A stretch of 64,000 bases of DNA from Chlamydiales bacterium (GTDB lineage: Bacteria > Chlamydiota > Chlamydiia > Chlamydiales > JACKPQ01): contig JACKPQ010000002.1 of the NCBI GenBank assembly GCA_024233435.1, forward strand, positions 286-64,285. Direction: 5' to 3'. The notes under the pieces were generated by a model that saw nothing but the letters and a program-made list of their open reading frames with translations, ran no database searches and had not been told where the DNA came from. Made by a program: the position numbers and the translations under genes. Positions within the stretch are counted from its first letter, which is position 1. Every line of letters starts with the position of its first letter. Shown here in pieces: positions 29,035 to 37,921 of the stretch.

Positions 29035-29599
29035 TCATTTCGATGATGATATGAATCGCTGCCATATGTGCTTCTTGAACGCGGTCTGAATACGGAAACC
29101 CTGAAACAACCCATTCGTGATCGCACACATCTTTAAGCTTACCTCCAGTTTTGCCTAAAAAAGCAACTGTGGTCAGTCCATTAGCTTTGGCAACTTCAAC
29201 GGCTTGTACTAGATTTGGCGAATTGCCGCTTGTTGTTAAGGCAATAAAGACATCACCTGCAACTCCATGGGCTTCAACGCCTCTTGAAAAAACATCATCA
29301 TAGCCCGTGTCATTTCCAACGCAGCTCATATGACCTGGATCAGCTAAGGCGATTGCCGGTAGCGCTTTGCGCTTTCTACGAAAGTACCCCGTCATTTCTT
29401 CGACAAAATGCATCGCATCACACAAACTACCACCGTTGCCAGCAACAATGATTTTATTGCCCCGCTTGAAACAATCTGCAATGGCCATGGCCACCTCTTC
29501 AATAAAAGGCTTGGCACACTTTAAAGTTTGCGCTGCTGCAATCGCCTCATCAACAGAATGCGTAATAGCGTCTTGAATAGATAATGTTTGAGTCATCAT
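29012..29599 (-). CDS. gmhA: SIS-domain phosphoheptose isomerase (GmhA/DiaA family)
   Basis: NKIIVAGNGGSLCDAMHFVEEMTG...ALTTSGNSPNLV...QEAHMAAIHIIIE. Start placed at the ATG preceded by GGAGAA (29599). Confidence 0.7.
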   Translation of the reverse strand: MMTQTLSIQDAITHSVDEAIAAAQTLKCAKPFIEEVAMAIADCFKRGNKIIVAGNGGSLCDAMHFVEEMTGYFRRKRKALPAIALADPGHMSCVGNDTGYDDVFSRGVEAHGVAGDVFIALTTSGNSPNLVQAVEVAKANGLTTVAFLGKTGGKLKDVCDHEWVVSGFPYSDRVQEAHMAAIHIIIEMIEKVLFD

Positions 29600-29657
29600 T
29601 TTCTCCATTTTCATGTCAGCATAGCAAAAATAGCATTTCACTTGCTATAGTTGGGTT

Positions 29658-30557
29658 ATGCATATCGCTATCATTGGAGCCTCGGGTCTTGTTGGCCGAG
29701 AAATTCATAATCAACTGATTAAGAGAAATTTTGTTTTTTCAAAAATTTCTCTCTTTGGTCGGGTTGCCAGGGATGAAATCCTCTCTCTTGACTCTATCCA
29801 TTGGCATGATATCGATTTGGCTTTTTTTGCTGCGGGCTCTAGCGTCTCAAAAAAATATATTCCACAAGCCCTAGCAGCTGGCTGCAGAGTTATCGATAGC
29901 AGCAGCTATTATCGCAACTCAGCTCCCTTAATCATTCCCGAGATCAACGGCCATCTTATCAAAGACGCCCAGCTGATAGCTTCTCCTAACTGCACAGCCT
30001 CGATTGCACTGATGGCCCTTTATCCTCTCCATGTGCATTGCCCCATTCAGCGCATTGTCGCTTCTACCTATCAAGCAGCGAGTGGTGGCGGTCATAAAAT
30101 GATGCAAGCGTTCCTCGATAACCCCTTAGAATTCCCTCTCCATTTACACGATTCATTTGACGGTCATGACTATAGCGGTGAAGAGCGCAAAATGTCTGAT
30201 GAAATGCGCCTTATACTCAATGCACCAGGCCTCCCAATTTCCGCGCGTTGCGTGCGGGTCCCTGTACTTCGGGCCCATAGCATAGCGCTTAATGTCGAAT
30301 TCGAAAAACCCATAGCAGATCCAAAAACTTTGCTGCAGTCTGCCCCAGGTTTGCGGCTTGTTGAGAGGCCCACTCCTAAAGATGCAACAGAATGCGATGA
30401 CGTTTTTTGTGGTTCTATAAGACAAGACCCCTCCCATCCTAATTGCCTCGAGCTTTGGGTCGTCGGCGATCAACTCCTAAAAGGCGCAGCTCTGAACGCC
30501 GTCCAAATCGCTGAACAATTTTCTGTAGAAAAAAAAGTTCAAAAAATATTAGCCTAG
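29658..30557 (+). CDS. asd: aspartate-semialdehyde dehydrogenase (short form)
   Basis: 299 aa. N-terminal IAIIGASGLVG Rossmann motif, active-site ASPNCTA, RVPVLRAHS, and C-terminal GDQLLKGAALNAVQIAE. Confidence 0.75.
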   Translation: MHIAIIGASGLVGREIHNQLIKRNFVFSKISLFGRVARDEILSLDSIHWHDIDLAFFAAGSSVSKKYIPQALAAGCRVIDSSSYYRNSAPLIIPEINGHLIKDAQLIASPNCTASIALMALYPLHVHCPIQRIVASTYQAASGGGHKMMQAFLDNPLEFPLHLHDSFDGHDYSGEERKMSDEMRLILNAPGLPISARCVRVPVLRAHSIALNVEFEKPIADPKTLLQSAPGLRLVERPTPKDATECDDVFCGSIRQDPSHPNCLELWVVGDQLLKGAALNAVQIAEQFSVEKKVQKILA

Positions 30558-30587
30558 GGCGTTTTCAACGTTTAACCTGGAGGCTTT

Positions 30588-31091
30588 ATGAAAATTTTTA
30601 TTTTTTCTCTGCTTGTATCTGTCCAATGTTTAGCCCTTACACCACCAAAACCAATTCAAGGGTATCCAATGATGATGGCAGGAGGGAGTGCTATCCTTGG
30701 AGCGGGTGACATGTCAGTCGTAATAAACAATCTCCCTAAGGGATGGGGCACAAGTATCTCAAGCCTTAGCAAATCGGGTGGTTACCTTGAACTTTTACCA
30801 ACTCAAGGCAAATATGGTTGCAGTGTTGAGATGAAACGCTTTGATAGCGAGCAGGATTTAGAAAAAAAATATGCTGAAATAAAACGCTCATTTGATCAGA
30901 AGAAAGTCAAGGACCTTAACGATGGTTTTGAAGCCGAGCTAAGTCACGCCTGGTATTCTTGCTACACGTCTAATCCGTTTCTCGTTGAAATTTGGTATGT
31001 CTTTCCAAAAAATGTAGGTCGTGCTAAGAAAAAATACGCAGAGAATTGGGACTTATTAAAAAATAGCGTGCGAGTCAGCCAAAGAAGCTAG
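30588..31091 (+). CDS. hypothetical secreted protein
   Basis: 167 aa with signal peptide MKIFIFSLLVSVQCLA. No motif recognised. Confidence 0.45.
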   Translation: MKIFIFSLLVSVQCLALTPPKPIQGYPMMMAGGSAILGAGDMSVVINNLPKGWGTSISSLSKSGGYLELLPTQGKYGCSVEMKRFDSEQDLEKKYAEIKRSFDQKKVKDLNDGFEAELSHAWYSCYTSNPFLVEIWYVFPKNVGRAKKKYAENWDLLKNSVRVSQRS

Positions 31092-31114
31092 CTTGATATT
31101 GGTTCGCGTTGCGC

Positions 31115-31732
31115 TTAAAGACGAAGCATTTGTGGCATTAAAGCTTTAATTTCGATGTCTGATTTAAGTGTGGGGTGGGGCAAATTGACTTGGGTATGGT
31201 GTAAGTCGATAGTCCCCTTTCCGCGGGCTGCTTTTGTTGCCGCTCCATACTTTGTATCGCCGACAATCGGATGGCCAATCGCTGCAAATTGAGCTCGAAT
31301 CTGATGATAACGCCCTGTTAAAAGCTCTATTTCAACGAGGCTAGTTTCACCTGATTGCAACACCCTGTAGTTAAGTTTGGCTACTTTCCCATCAGGGGCA
31401 ATCTCTGCTCGATGATCTCCATGAACAAGCCGATGCTCTAATGTGCTGGCACCCTTTAATTTTCCTTCAACGCGTGCGCGATAAATTTTTGTCCATTTCC
31501 CCTCTTTTAGAGACTCATTCATGCGGGAGAGGCCTTTACTCGATTTTGCAAAAATCACAATGCCACTAACAGGAGCATCAATGCGGTGAACACAGTGCAA
31601 GTAGCGATAGTTTTGGCGCAGCAAGTCCTCAAGGCCGCTCTCCTGCCCAGCAGATTGCGTGAGCATACCTGCAGGCTTATCCACGGCTAGAATATGGTTA
31701 TCCTCAAAGAGAACGTTGGCGCAAAACTTCAT
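31115..31732 (-). CDS. RluA-family pseudouridine synthase
   Basis: 205 aa. The catalytic motif HRIDAPVSGIVIFAKS and C-terminal GRYHQIRAQFAAIGHPIVGDTKYG are present. Confidence 0.8.
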   Translation of the reverse strand: MKFCANVLFEDNHILAVDKPAGMLTQSAGQESGLEDLLRQNYRYLHCVHRIDAPVSGIVIFAKSSKGLSRMNESLKEGKWTKIYRARVEGKLKGASTLEHRLVHGDHRAEIAPDGKVAKLNYRVLQSGETSLVEIELLTGRYHQIRAQFAAIGHPIVGDTKYGAATKAARGKGTIDLHHTQVNLPHPTLKSDIEIKALMPQMLRL

Positions 31733-32495
31733 AAAGCATCAAGGTGGTTGCAGAGGCAACATTGAGTGAATCAGCCTGGCCCCTCATAGGAATCCTAACT
31801 TTTATTTCTGCAGCATTTAGCCACTCATCTGAGAGTCCCAGCTGCTCGGTCCCAACGGCAATAGCAACAGGCCCAGTTAAGTCGACGTGGGTGTATTCGT
31901 CTTGCGCATCTGGAGTTGTTGCAACAATGGAAATCTGATGCTCTTTCAAATACGCAAATAGCTCAGCTGTGTTTGTTTCAACAGTTGGCACAGTAAAAAG
32001 CGTACCAACACTTGCACGCACAACATTGGGGTTGTAAATATCGGTGCAGCGATCAACCACAACACACCCATCTACACCTACAGCATCACAAGAGCGCAAA
32101 ATCGATCCTAGATTGCCCGGTTTTTCAATGCCTTGCGCAACCAAGAGAAATGGATTATCAGATAGTTTTATATCGCTCAGAGTTTTATTCGGTTGCTTTG
32201 CAATTGCAAAAAGTCCATCTGGGCGGTCTCGAAACGAGAGCTTACGAAACAAATCTTCTGGTAATTCTAAGACCGTTGCTCCCCGCTTATAGAGCGTATC
32301 AATCAATGCCCCTTCATTGCTACCAAGGTAAAGATCTGGGCAAACAAACAGAGCGTGCACATCAACATCTGCTGCCCTAGATAGCTCGCGGTATCCTTCA
32401 ATAACAAAATCGCCAGAGCTATCTCGACCTTTGCGATCCTTTAACTTTTTGGCAGCTTTAAGCTGGGGGTTTTGAGCGCTTGTAATTTTAAACAT
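31704..32495 (-). CDS. TrmH/SpoU-family RNA 2'-O-methyltransferase
   Basis: Start at ATG 32495 (MFKITSAQNPQLK). The SpoU motifs are LVAQGIEKPGNLGSILRSCDAVG, VGTEQLGLS and IPMRGQADSLNVASATTLMLYE. Confidence 0.8.
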   Translation of the reverse strand: MFKITSAQNPQLKAAKKLKDRKGRDSSGDFVIEGYRELSRAADVDVHALFVCPDLYLGSNEGALIDTLYKRGATVLELPEDLFRKLSFRDRPDGLFAIAKQPNKTLSDIKLSDNPFLLVAQGIEKPGNLGSILRSCDAVGVDGCVVVDRCTDIYNPNVVRASVGTLFTVPTVETNTAELFAYLKEHQISIVATTPDAQDEYTHVDLTGPVAIAVGTEQLGLSDEWLNAAEIKVRIPMRGQADSLNVASATTLMLYEVLRQRSL

Positions 32496-33282
32496 AGGCC
32501 ACCCTAGCGTAAGCGCCACTGGGAAGTGGCAAAGCATTTGCCCCATCGAGTGTCATTTCGCCGAATTCGCCCTGTCCGAGCATGTGACGCAAAACCAGAG
32601 GCGTGATTCCAGGCGTGTGGCATGTCAGCAAAGTGAAAAGCGGAGCATCGCTTAAAAGTTGCTGACATAGATCCATCAACTCCGGCAAATCATCTTCAAT
32701 CTTAAAAACTTGCCCCTGCTTTCCCCGACCAAATGAGGGAGGATCTAAAATAATTCCTTCGTATTTTTTACCCCGTTTGACCTCGCGCTTCATAAATTTT
32801 ATCGCATCATCAACAATCCAGCGAATCGGCGCATCCGATAGTCCATTAATCGCTGCATTCTCTTTAGCCCAAGTGACCATACCAGGCGATGCGTCTAGGT
32901 GGCAAACATGAGCTCCAGCCTTTGCACAAGCCAGCGTGGCTCCGCCAGAGTAGGCAAACAGATTTAAAATATTGACGGGGCGGTTATCAATCAGCTTTTG
33001 CATCCACGGCCAGTGGACTGCATGCTCAGGAAATAGCCCAAGATGCCCAAAGTCAGTAGATTTAAGAATAAACTCAATCCCTTTATGCGTAGCTGTCCAT
33101 TGCTCTGGGAGCTGACCCACCCATTTGCCAGCTGGCTCGCGAGTAAAGCTCGCATCGGGACTCCACTGCTCTGGGTGCTGCTTTTTCCAAAGAGCTTGCG
33201 AGCACGGTCTTTGAATCAAATGCTTGCCAAATTGCTCGAGCTTTTGCCCTTCTCCGCTATCGATCAGTTCATAATTAGTCAT
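32488..33282 (-). CDS. class I SAM-dependent (rRNA large-subunit-type) methyltransferase
   Basis: ILNLFAYSGGATLACAKAGAHVCHLDAS...IILDPPSFGRGK resembles the RlmI/RlmK-like methyltransferase core. ATG 33282 has GAGG upstream. There are 8-nt overlaps on both sides. Confidence 0.65.
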   Translation of the reverse strand: MTNYELIDSGEGQKLEQFGKHLIQRPCSQALWKKQHPEQWSPDASFTREPAGKWVGQLPEQWTATHKGIEFILKSTDFGHLGLFPEHAVHWPWMQKLIDNRPVNILNLFAYSGGATLACAKAGAHVCHLDASPGMVTWAKENAAINGLSDAPIRWIVDDAIKFMKREVKRGKKYEGIILDPPSFGRGKQGQVFKIEDDLPELMDLCQQLLSDAPLFTLLTCHTPGITPLVLRHMLGQGEFGEMTLDGANALPLPSGAYARVAYV

Positions 33283-34513
33283 TGTATGCCTCAAATGGGG
33301 AGGTGTTGTGTTGAATCAATTGCCAAAGTCCAGCTAATGCAAAATTTGCACATGCGTTAATGATTGTTTGTCTTGCCCAACCAGATCTAACAGACGGCAC
33401 AAGTCCAACAATCGGCTCCTTATCTTTTTTGCCCATAGCTATCCATACCGTGCCAATAGGCTTATCGTCCGTGCCACCCGTGGGCCCGGCAATCCCTGTT
33501 ACCGCTATCCCCCAATTCGATTGAAACTTTTCAAAAACACCTGCAAGCATTTCCTTGGCCACCTCTGAACTCACTGCTCCATGACTTTTAAGCGTTTTTC
33601 CAGACACACCTAAAAGAGAAGACTTTGCCAAATTCGAATAAGAGACCACTCCACCCAAAAAATACTCAGATGCGCTTTGCAAACTCGTTATCTTAGATGC
33701 AATCAGCCCACCTGTGCAACTTTCAGCAACTGCAAGCGTTTGATTTTTTTTAATCAGTAGCTCATGCAAAGTTTCCTCAGGGCTAGAAGATTGATGGGCC
33801 ATGACATGTTCTGAAAATTGCGCGCTAATTTTTTCAAATGCTGCATCAATCTTATTAGAATCACTTCCGCTGATACGCACTCCCAAATATCCATAAGCAG
33901 GATATATCCCAAATCCCAATTCAGGGAATTGTTCTTTAAGCATGCGCAAAACTGGATCAACATTTTGCTCGCGCAGCAGCGCCAACGTCATGCGTTTATG
34001 CAACACCTTAGGAGCATTTTTTAAGCGCTTTTTAATGAATTCAAATGCCTCTGGCCACAACCCTTTAAGCTCTGATGGCACACCAGGCAGCAAAATCAAA
34101 CCCTGATCTGCAAAAACAAGCCCTGGGGCAGTTCCCAATCTGTTGTACAAAAGCTTAGCTTTTTCAGGGACAGTCGACTGCGAGCGAAAAGTAGACCTTG
34201 TCTCTCCAAAAATCTGACACAAATGGTCAAAATATTTTTGGTCAAAATGCAGCTCACTTCCTAGCATTTGCGAAACAATATTTTTGGTTTCATCATCCAG
34301 CGTTGGTCCTAGCCCGCCTGTTGTAATCACAACTTTCGATCGACGCAAAGCTTCATTGAGTCCAGCTTGCAAAGCCTGCCTACTATCTGGGAGCGTTGTG
34401 ATGCGTTGAACCTCAAAACCTGCACTATAGAGCTCACGTGCAATAAACTGCGCATTTGTATTTAGCGTTGCTCCATGCAACAACTCATCGCCAATTGAAA
34501 CAAGCTCAATCAT
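33275..34513 (-). CDS. cinA: CinA family protein (MoCF-like domain plus nicotinamide-nucleotide amidohydrolase PncC domain)
   Basis: MIELVSIGDELLHGATLNTNAQFIAREL...ITTGGLGPTLDD at the N-terminus. The C-terminal domain has AVAESCTGGLIA...GGVVSYSN...AVTGIAGP. ATG 34513 overlaps the upstream stop (ATGA). Confidence 0.85.
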   Translation of the reverse strand: MIELVSIGDELLHGATLNTNAQFIARELYSAGFEVQRITTLPDSRQALQAGLNEALRRSKVVITTGGLGPTLDDETKNIVSQMLGSELHFDQKYFDHLCQIFGETRSTFRSQSTVPEKAKLLYNRLGTAPGLVFADQGLILLPGVPSELKGLWPEAFEFIKKRLKNAPKVLHKRMTLALLREQNVDPVLRMLKEQFPELGFGIYPAYGYLGVRISGSDSNKIDAAFEKISAQFSEHVMAHQSSSPEETLHELLIKKNQTLAVAESCTGGLIASKITSLQSASEYFLGGVVSYSNLAKSSLLGVSGKTLKSHGAVSSEVAKEMLAGVFEKFQSNWGIAVTGIAGPTGGTDDKPIGTVWIAMGKKDKEPIVGLVPSVRSGWARQTIINACANFALAGLWQLIQHNTSPFEAYND

Positions 34514-35115
34514 ACCCAAGCCTTAGTTTGTGGATGACATCTGATCCATTCACTGCACATTTTACCCAAACGAATCGGAAATGTCTTCTTTTCTCCATTG
34601 ATAACAAAAGAAGTTGGCGCTGTCGAATCGCGCATCCATTTTTGCAATTGTAAAAACATCTTTCCATTTTCACTCGTGCGTAAAGGCTTGTGGCAAATCC
34701 CATCTGCATCCATTGCTATTTGTGGAAAGCTAAATTGCAGGCCCCAGCTCACACTCTCTTTCCCTAAGACCATTGACTGGCATTTGCTCCCTATCATTGC
34801 AAAAGTATGGTGCTGCAACTGGATAACAGGCCGGTCAGCTCGAAACAAATACCGCCCCTTTCCTACTTGCTTAGGCAGCAATGGCTCTTTTGAAAGAGCT
34901 GCATTAAAGTAAACTTTATCTGGCAAGACATCACCCCTTTGCAAGCCGCTGATATAGGCATCATATGCATCCAAAAACAGAGCACCAGACAAAGGCTGAT
35001 CATCTGTTTGCACACTCGATACATTGTAAATTCCACAATTGAGCATCTCAAAAAGAGCCTTCATTTCATCAGTACTTAAAAGAGCTTGCACCCTTAACCA
35101 TTTAGCTACTTGCAT
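34510..35115 (-). CDS. hypothetical protein
   Basis: 201-aa ORF embedded in the overlapping operon chain. No motif recognised. Confidence 0.45.
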   Translation of the reverse strand: MQVAKWLRVQALLSTDEMKALFEMLNCGIYNVSSVQTDDQPLSGALFLDAYDAYISGLQRGDVLPDKVYFNAALSKEPLLPKQVGKGRYLFRADRPVIQLQHHTFAMIGSKCQSMVLGKESVSWGLQFSFPQIAMDADGICHKPLRTSENGKMFLQLQKWMRDSTAPTSFVINGEKKTFPIRLGKMCSEWIRCHPQTKAWV

Positions 35116-35639
35116 TTTTTCTTAATGATAAAAGATTGAACAATAAATACTGCAACACCCAAACAGATATAAGCATCGGCTAAATTAAAAACTGGGTAGG
35201 AATAGCCTCCAAAATTCAAATGGATCATATCGACAACATGTCCATAGACAAAACAATCGATAATGTTACCAATAGCCCCTGCTAAAATCATGACAAGTGG
35301 CACTATCTGTTGTTTAACCTTATTCCAAATCAGGATGTAAATAAGAAGGAGCCCAGTAATCAGCATACGCATAATCAAAAGTGGCAAGTGCATCCCTGAA
35401 AAGCTACCCCATGCAGCGCCACGATTGCCCACGTGCACAATAGACATTTCAATCCCCAAAAAATTTGCAAAAACCCCAACACCGCCATAGGGATATCCAT
35501 GAGGGGCCCACTGCATAGGCACTAAATGACTTTGTACCCACCACTTACTCAAAAAGTCGAGGAGCAATAATCCAGCGAACAGCCCACAATAGAGCCAAAG
35601 ATGCCTAACGCTCTTTTTCAAGTTGCTCCTGCGCCTCAA
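35106..35639 (-). CDS. lspA: lipoprotein signal peptidase (signal peptidase II)
   Basis: 177 aa with four TM segments. The conserved motifs are NRGAAWG, GAIGNIIDC and VFNLADAYICLG. Confidence 0.85.
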   Translation of the reverse strand: MRRRSNLKKSVRHLWLYCGLFAGLLLLDFLSKWWVQSHLVPMQWAPHGYPYGGVGVFANFLGIEMSIVHVGNRGAAWGSFSGMHLPLLIMRMLITGLLLIYILIWNKVKQQIVPLVMILAGAIGNIIDCFVYGHVVDMIHLNFGGYSYPVFNLADAYICLGVAVFIVQSFIIKKKCK

Positions 35640-35961
35640 CAGTCATCGTAGCATAAGGAATGGCCTCTAATCGCTTCAAAGGGATGGGTTTGCCAGAAAT
35701 ATCGCAAACGCCATACGTTCCATCTTCTATTTTCTCTAGCGCCCTATCGATCTGACGCAAAATCCCCTGTTCCTTGTTCGAGACAGACAAGCTAATTGTA
35801 CGTCCAAAATCATCCGTTCCTTCATCGGCCTGGTGTTGAGAATACCCCTTCACTTCATCAGCTGATTTGACCTGTTCACTCGTTTCTTTCAGCGCTCCTA
35901 CCAGCTGGGCGCGCAGCTGCAGCAAGCTCTTTTTAAACTTTTCCATTTCACTTTGTTTCAT
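35605..35961 (-). CDS. dksA: DksA/TraR-family regulator lacking the canonical C4 zinc finger
   Basis: 118 aa. Coiled-coil region with ADEGTDDF near the tip, and a C-terminal ALEKIEDGTYGVCDISGKPIPLKRLEAIPYATMTVEAQE in which only one of the four Cys positions is retained. Confidence 0.7.
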   Translation of the reverse strand: MKQSEMEKFKKSLLQLRAQLVGALKETSEQVKSADEVKGYSQHQADEGTDDFGRTISLSVSNKEQGILRQIDRALEKIEDGTYGVCDISGKPIPLKRLEAIPYATMTVEAQEQLEKER

Positions 35962-36416
35962 CTCGTCTCCTTCGGGGCAACATCACTGATGGCATGCATT
36001 AACTCATCGACATCTTTAAAGCGTCTATAAACGCAGGCAAATCGAATATAAGCGACCATATCAAGTTCTTTTAAGTGTTTCATCACAATCTCTCCAAGGC
36101 TTGTTGCGTCAATCTCCCTAACCTGTTGCTCTAAAAGCTCTCCTGCAATCTTCGATGCAAGATCTCTAACCTTATCATGGCTGATCAACGTATGGCGACA
36201 AGCTGCACCCAGGCCCTTAATGAGCTTTTCAATTTGAAAATCCTCATAGCCACCGTCACGCTTTTTCACCTGGATTGTCAAATCAATCGTCTCAAAAGTT
36301 GTAAAGCGCTGCATGCACTTCAAGCATTGTCTTCTACGGCGAACCGCATTCTGATCGCCAGCTTCTCTTGAATCAGTGACTTTTGACTCACCATGCCTAC
36401 AAAATGGACATTGCAT
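35958..36416 (-). CDS. nrdR: transcriptional repressor NrdR
   Basis: MQCPFCRHGESKVTDSREAGDQNAVRRRRQCLKCMQRFTTFE zinc ribbon followed by an ATP-cone domain. Confidence 0.9.
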   Translation of the reverse strand: MQCPFCRHGESKVTDSREAGDQNAVRRRRQCLKCMQRFTTFETIDLTIQVKKRDGGYEDFQIEKLIKGLGAACRHTLISHDKVRDLASKIAGELLEQQVREIDATSLGEIVMKHLKELDMVAYIRFACVYRRFKDVDELMHAISDVAPKETR

Positions 36417-36640
36417 AATCTACCCTCGCAAAACGCTGCAGTATACCCATCAGATAATTTTTGACCACCACTTTCAAATTTGTCCGATTATAGCTTAAAC
36501 TTCTCAAAATTACCAGTTCCAAAATTGAAAAATTTGCGCAATGACTGAACATCTCCGCTAAAATATCTAAAGCAATGATGTTTATACGCTTAAGAATCAT
36601 AGTTCTCAGAGTAATTTGAATTCTTCTTGACTAATCTTAC

Positions 36641-36691
36641 AAATACTGAGTATATTTAAAGTAAGGTTTAAAAATACTGAGTATATTTAAA
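36641..36691 (+). repeat. perfect 20-bp direct repeat AAATACTGAGTATATTTAAA x2, 31-bp period, abutting the start codon
   Basis: Copies are at 36641-36660 and 36672-36691. The first copy supplies TATATT 18 nt downstream of TTGACT (36627-36632). The second copy ends one base before ATG 36692. Confidence 0.85.
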
Positions 36692-37864
36692 ATGACATTG
36701 ATTATTAGGAAGATAGAAACGCGACTCAAAAAGGCTCTTGATCGAGGAAAGAGCATTTTATTGCTAGGTCCACGGCAAACGGGTAAAACGACCCTCGTAA
36801 AACGCCTCAATGCAGATCTCTACATTAACCTGGCCCGACCTGCCACTCGGCAAGCTTATGAAAAGGATCCTGCACGCTTAACCCGAGAAGTAGAGGCCAT
36901 GCCCCATCAATTTCCAATGGTGGTCATAGATGAAATACAAAAAGTTACGCCTTTGTTAGATGCCGTTCAAGACTTAATCGACTCAAAGACCGCTCAATTT
37001 ATTTTAACTGGTTCATCAGCAAGAAAACTCCGACGCGAGGGAGAAGCAAATTTATTGCCTGGGCGTGTGGTTGTACTGAGAATGGATCCGTTGTTGATTG
37101 ATGAAATGACAAATCTCAATTTATCAATTGAGGAGATGCTCCTCTATGGCTCGCTACCTCAAGTTATTTTAGAAAAATCTATAGACCATCGAGAGGAAGA
37201 TCTTTTTTCTTACGTAACCACATATTTGGAAGAAGAGATTCGTTCAGAAGCTCTTGTTCGAAATATCAGTGCTTTTGGAAACTTTCTCAAGCTCGCCGCC
37301 CTAGAATCTGGATGTATTAGCAATTTTCACAAACTATCTCAAGACATTGGAGTGTCAACTCCAACAATCAGCGAATATTATCAGATTCTCGTCGACTGCC
37401 TCGTAGCCGAAAGAGTTGAAGCATTATCTCACTCCCATACTCGCAAAAGATTGATTAAGGCACCAAAATTTTTGATCTATGACCTAGGCGTACGACGAAC
37501 TGCAGCAGGAGAGGGTCGTGACTTTCCAGACAAGTACATGGGAGATCTATTTGAGCAATGGGTAGGACTAGAATTACTGCGGCAGCTACGAACTATTCCA
37601 ATGAAAAGCGCTTTATTATTTTGGCGCGACCAGGCTGGCGCAGAAGTTGACTGGATTGTCGAGAAAGAAAACCATTACATCCCCGTTGAGGTAAAGTGGA
37701 CAGAAAACCCAACCTCACAAGATGCAAAGCACGTACAAACCTTTATTGAGGAACACCCAAATTGTTCTCACGGCTACGTAATTTGTCGGGCATCTCGAGC
37801 CCAAAAACTAACCAACAACATAACAGCCCTACCGTGGAATGAATTAAACCAAGTACTAACCTAA
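36692..37864 (+). CDS. AAA-family ATPase with a C-terminal PD-(D/E)xK nuclease-like domain (AAA_14/DUF4143-type), second paralog
   Basis: 390 aa. Walker A GPRQTGKTT, Walker B VVIDEIQ, and a C-terminal GAEVDWIVEKENHYIPVEVKWT. Confidence 0.7.
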   Translation: MTLIIRKIETRLKKALDRGKSILLLGPRQTGKTTLVKRLNADLYINLARPATRQAYEKDPARLTREVEAMPHQFPMVVIDEIQKVTPLLDAVQDLIDSKTAQFILTGSSARKLRREGEANLLPGRVVVLRMDPLLIDEMTNLNLSIEEMLLYGSLPQVILEKSIDHREEDLFSYVTTYLEEEIRSEALVRNISAFGNFLKLAALESGCISNFHKLSQDIGVSTPTISEYYQILVDCLVAERVEALSHSHTRKRLIKAPKFLIYDLGVRRTAAGEGRDFPDKYMGDLFEQWVGLELLRQLRTIPMKSALLFWRDQAGAEVDWIVEKENHYIPVEVKWTENPTSQDAKHVQTFIEEHPNCSHGYVICRASRAQKLTNNITALPWNELNQVLT

Positions 37865-37921
37865 CTGCAAGAGGACTAAAAGTCTAAGTTAGAAAATTTA
37901 ACACGCTTGGAAAAACCACCT

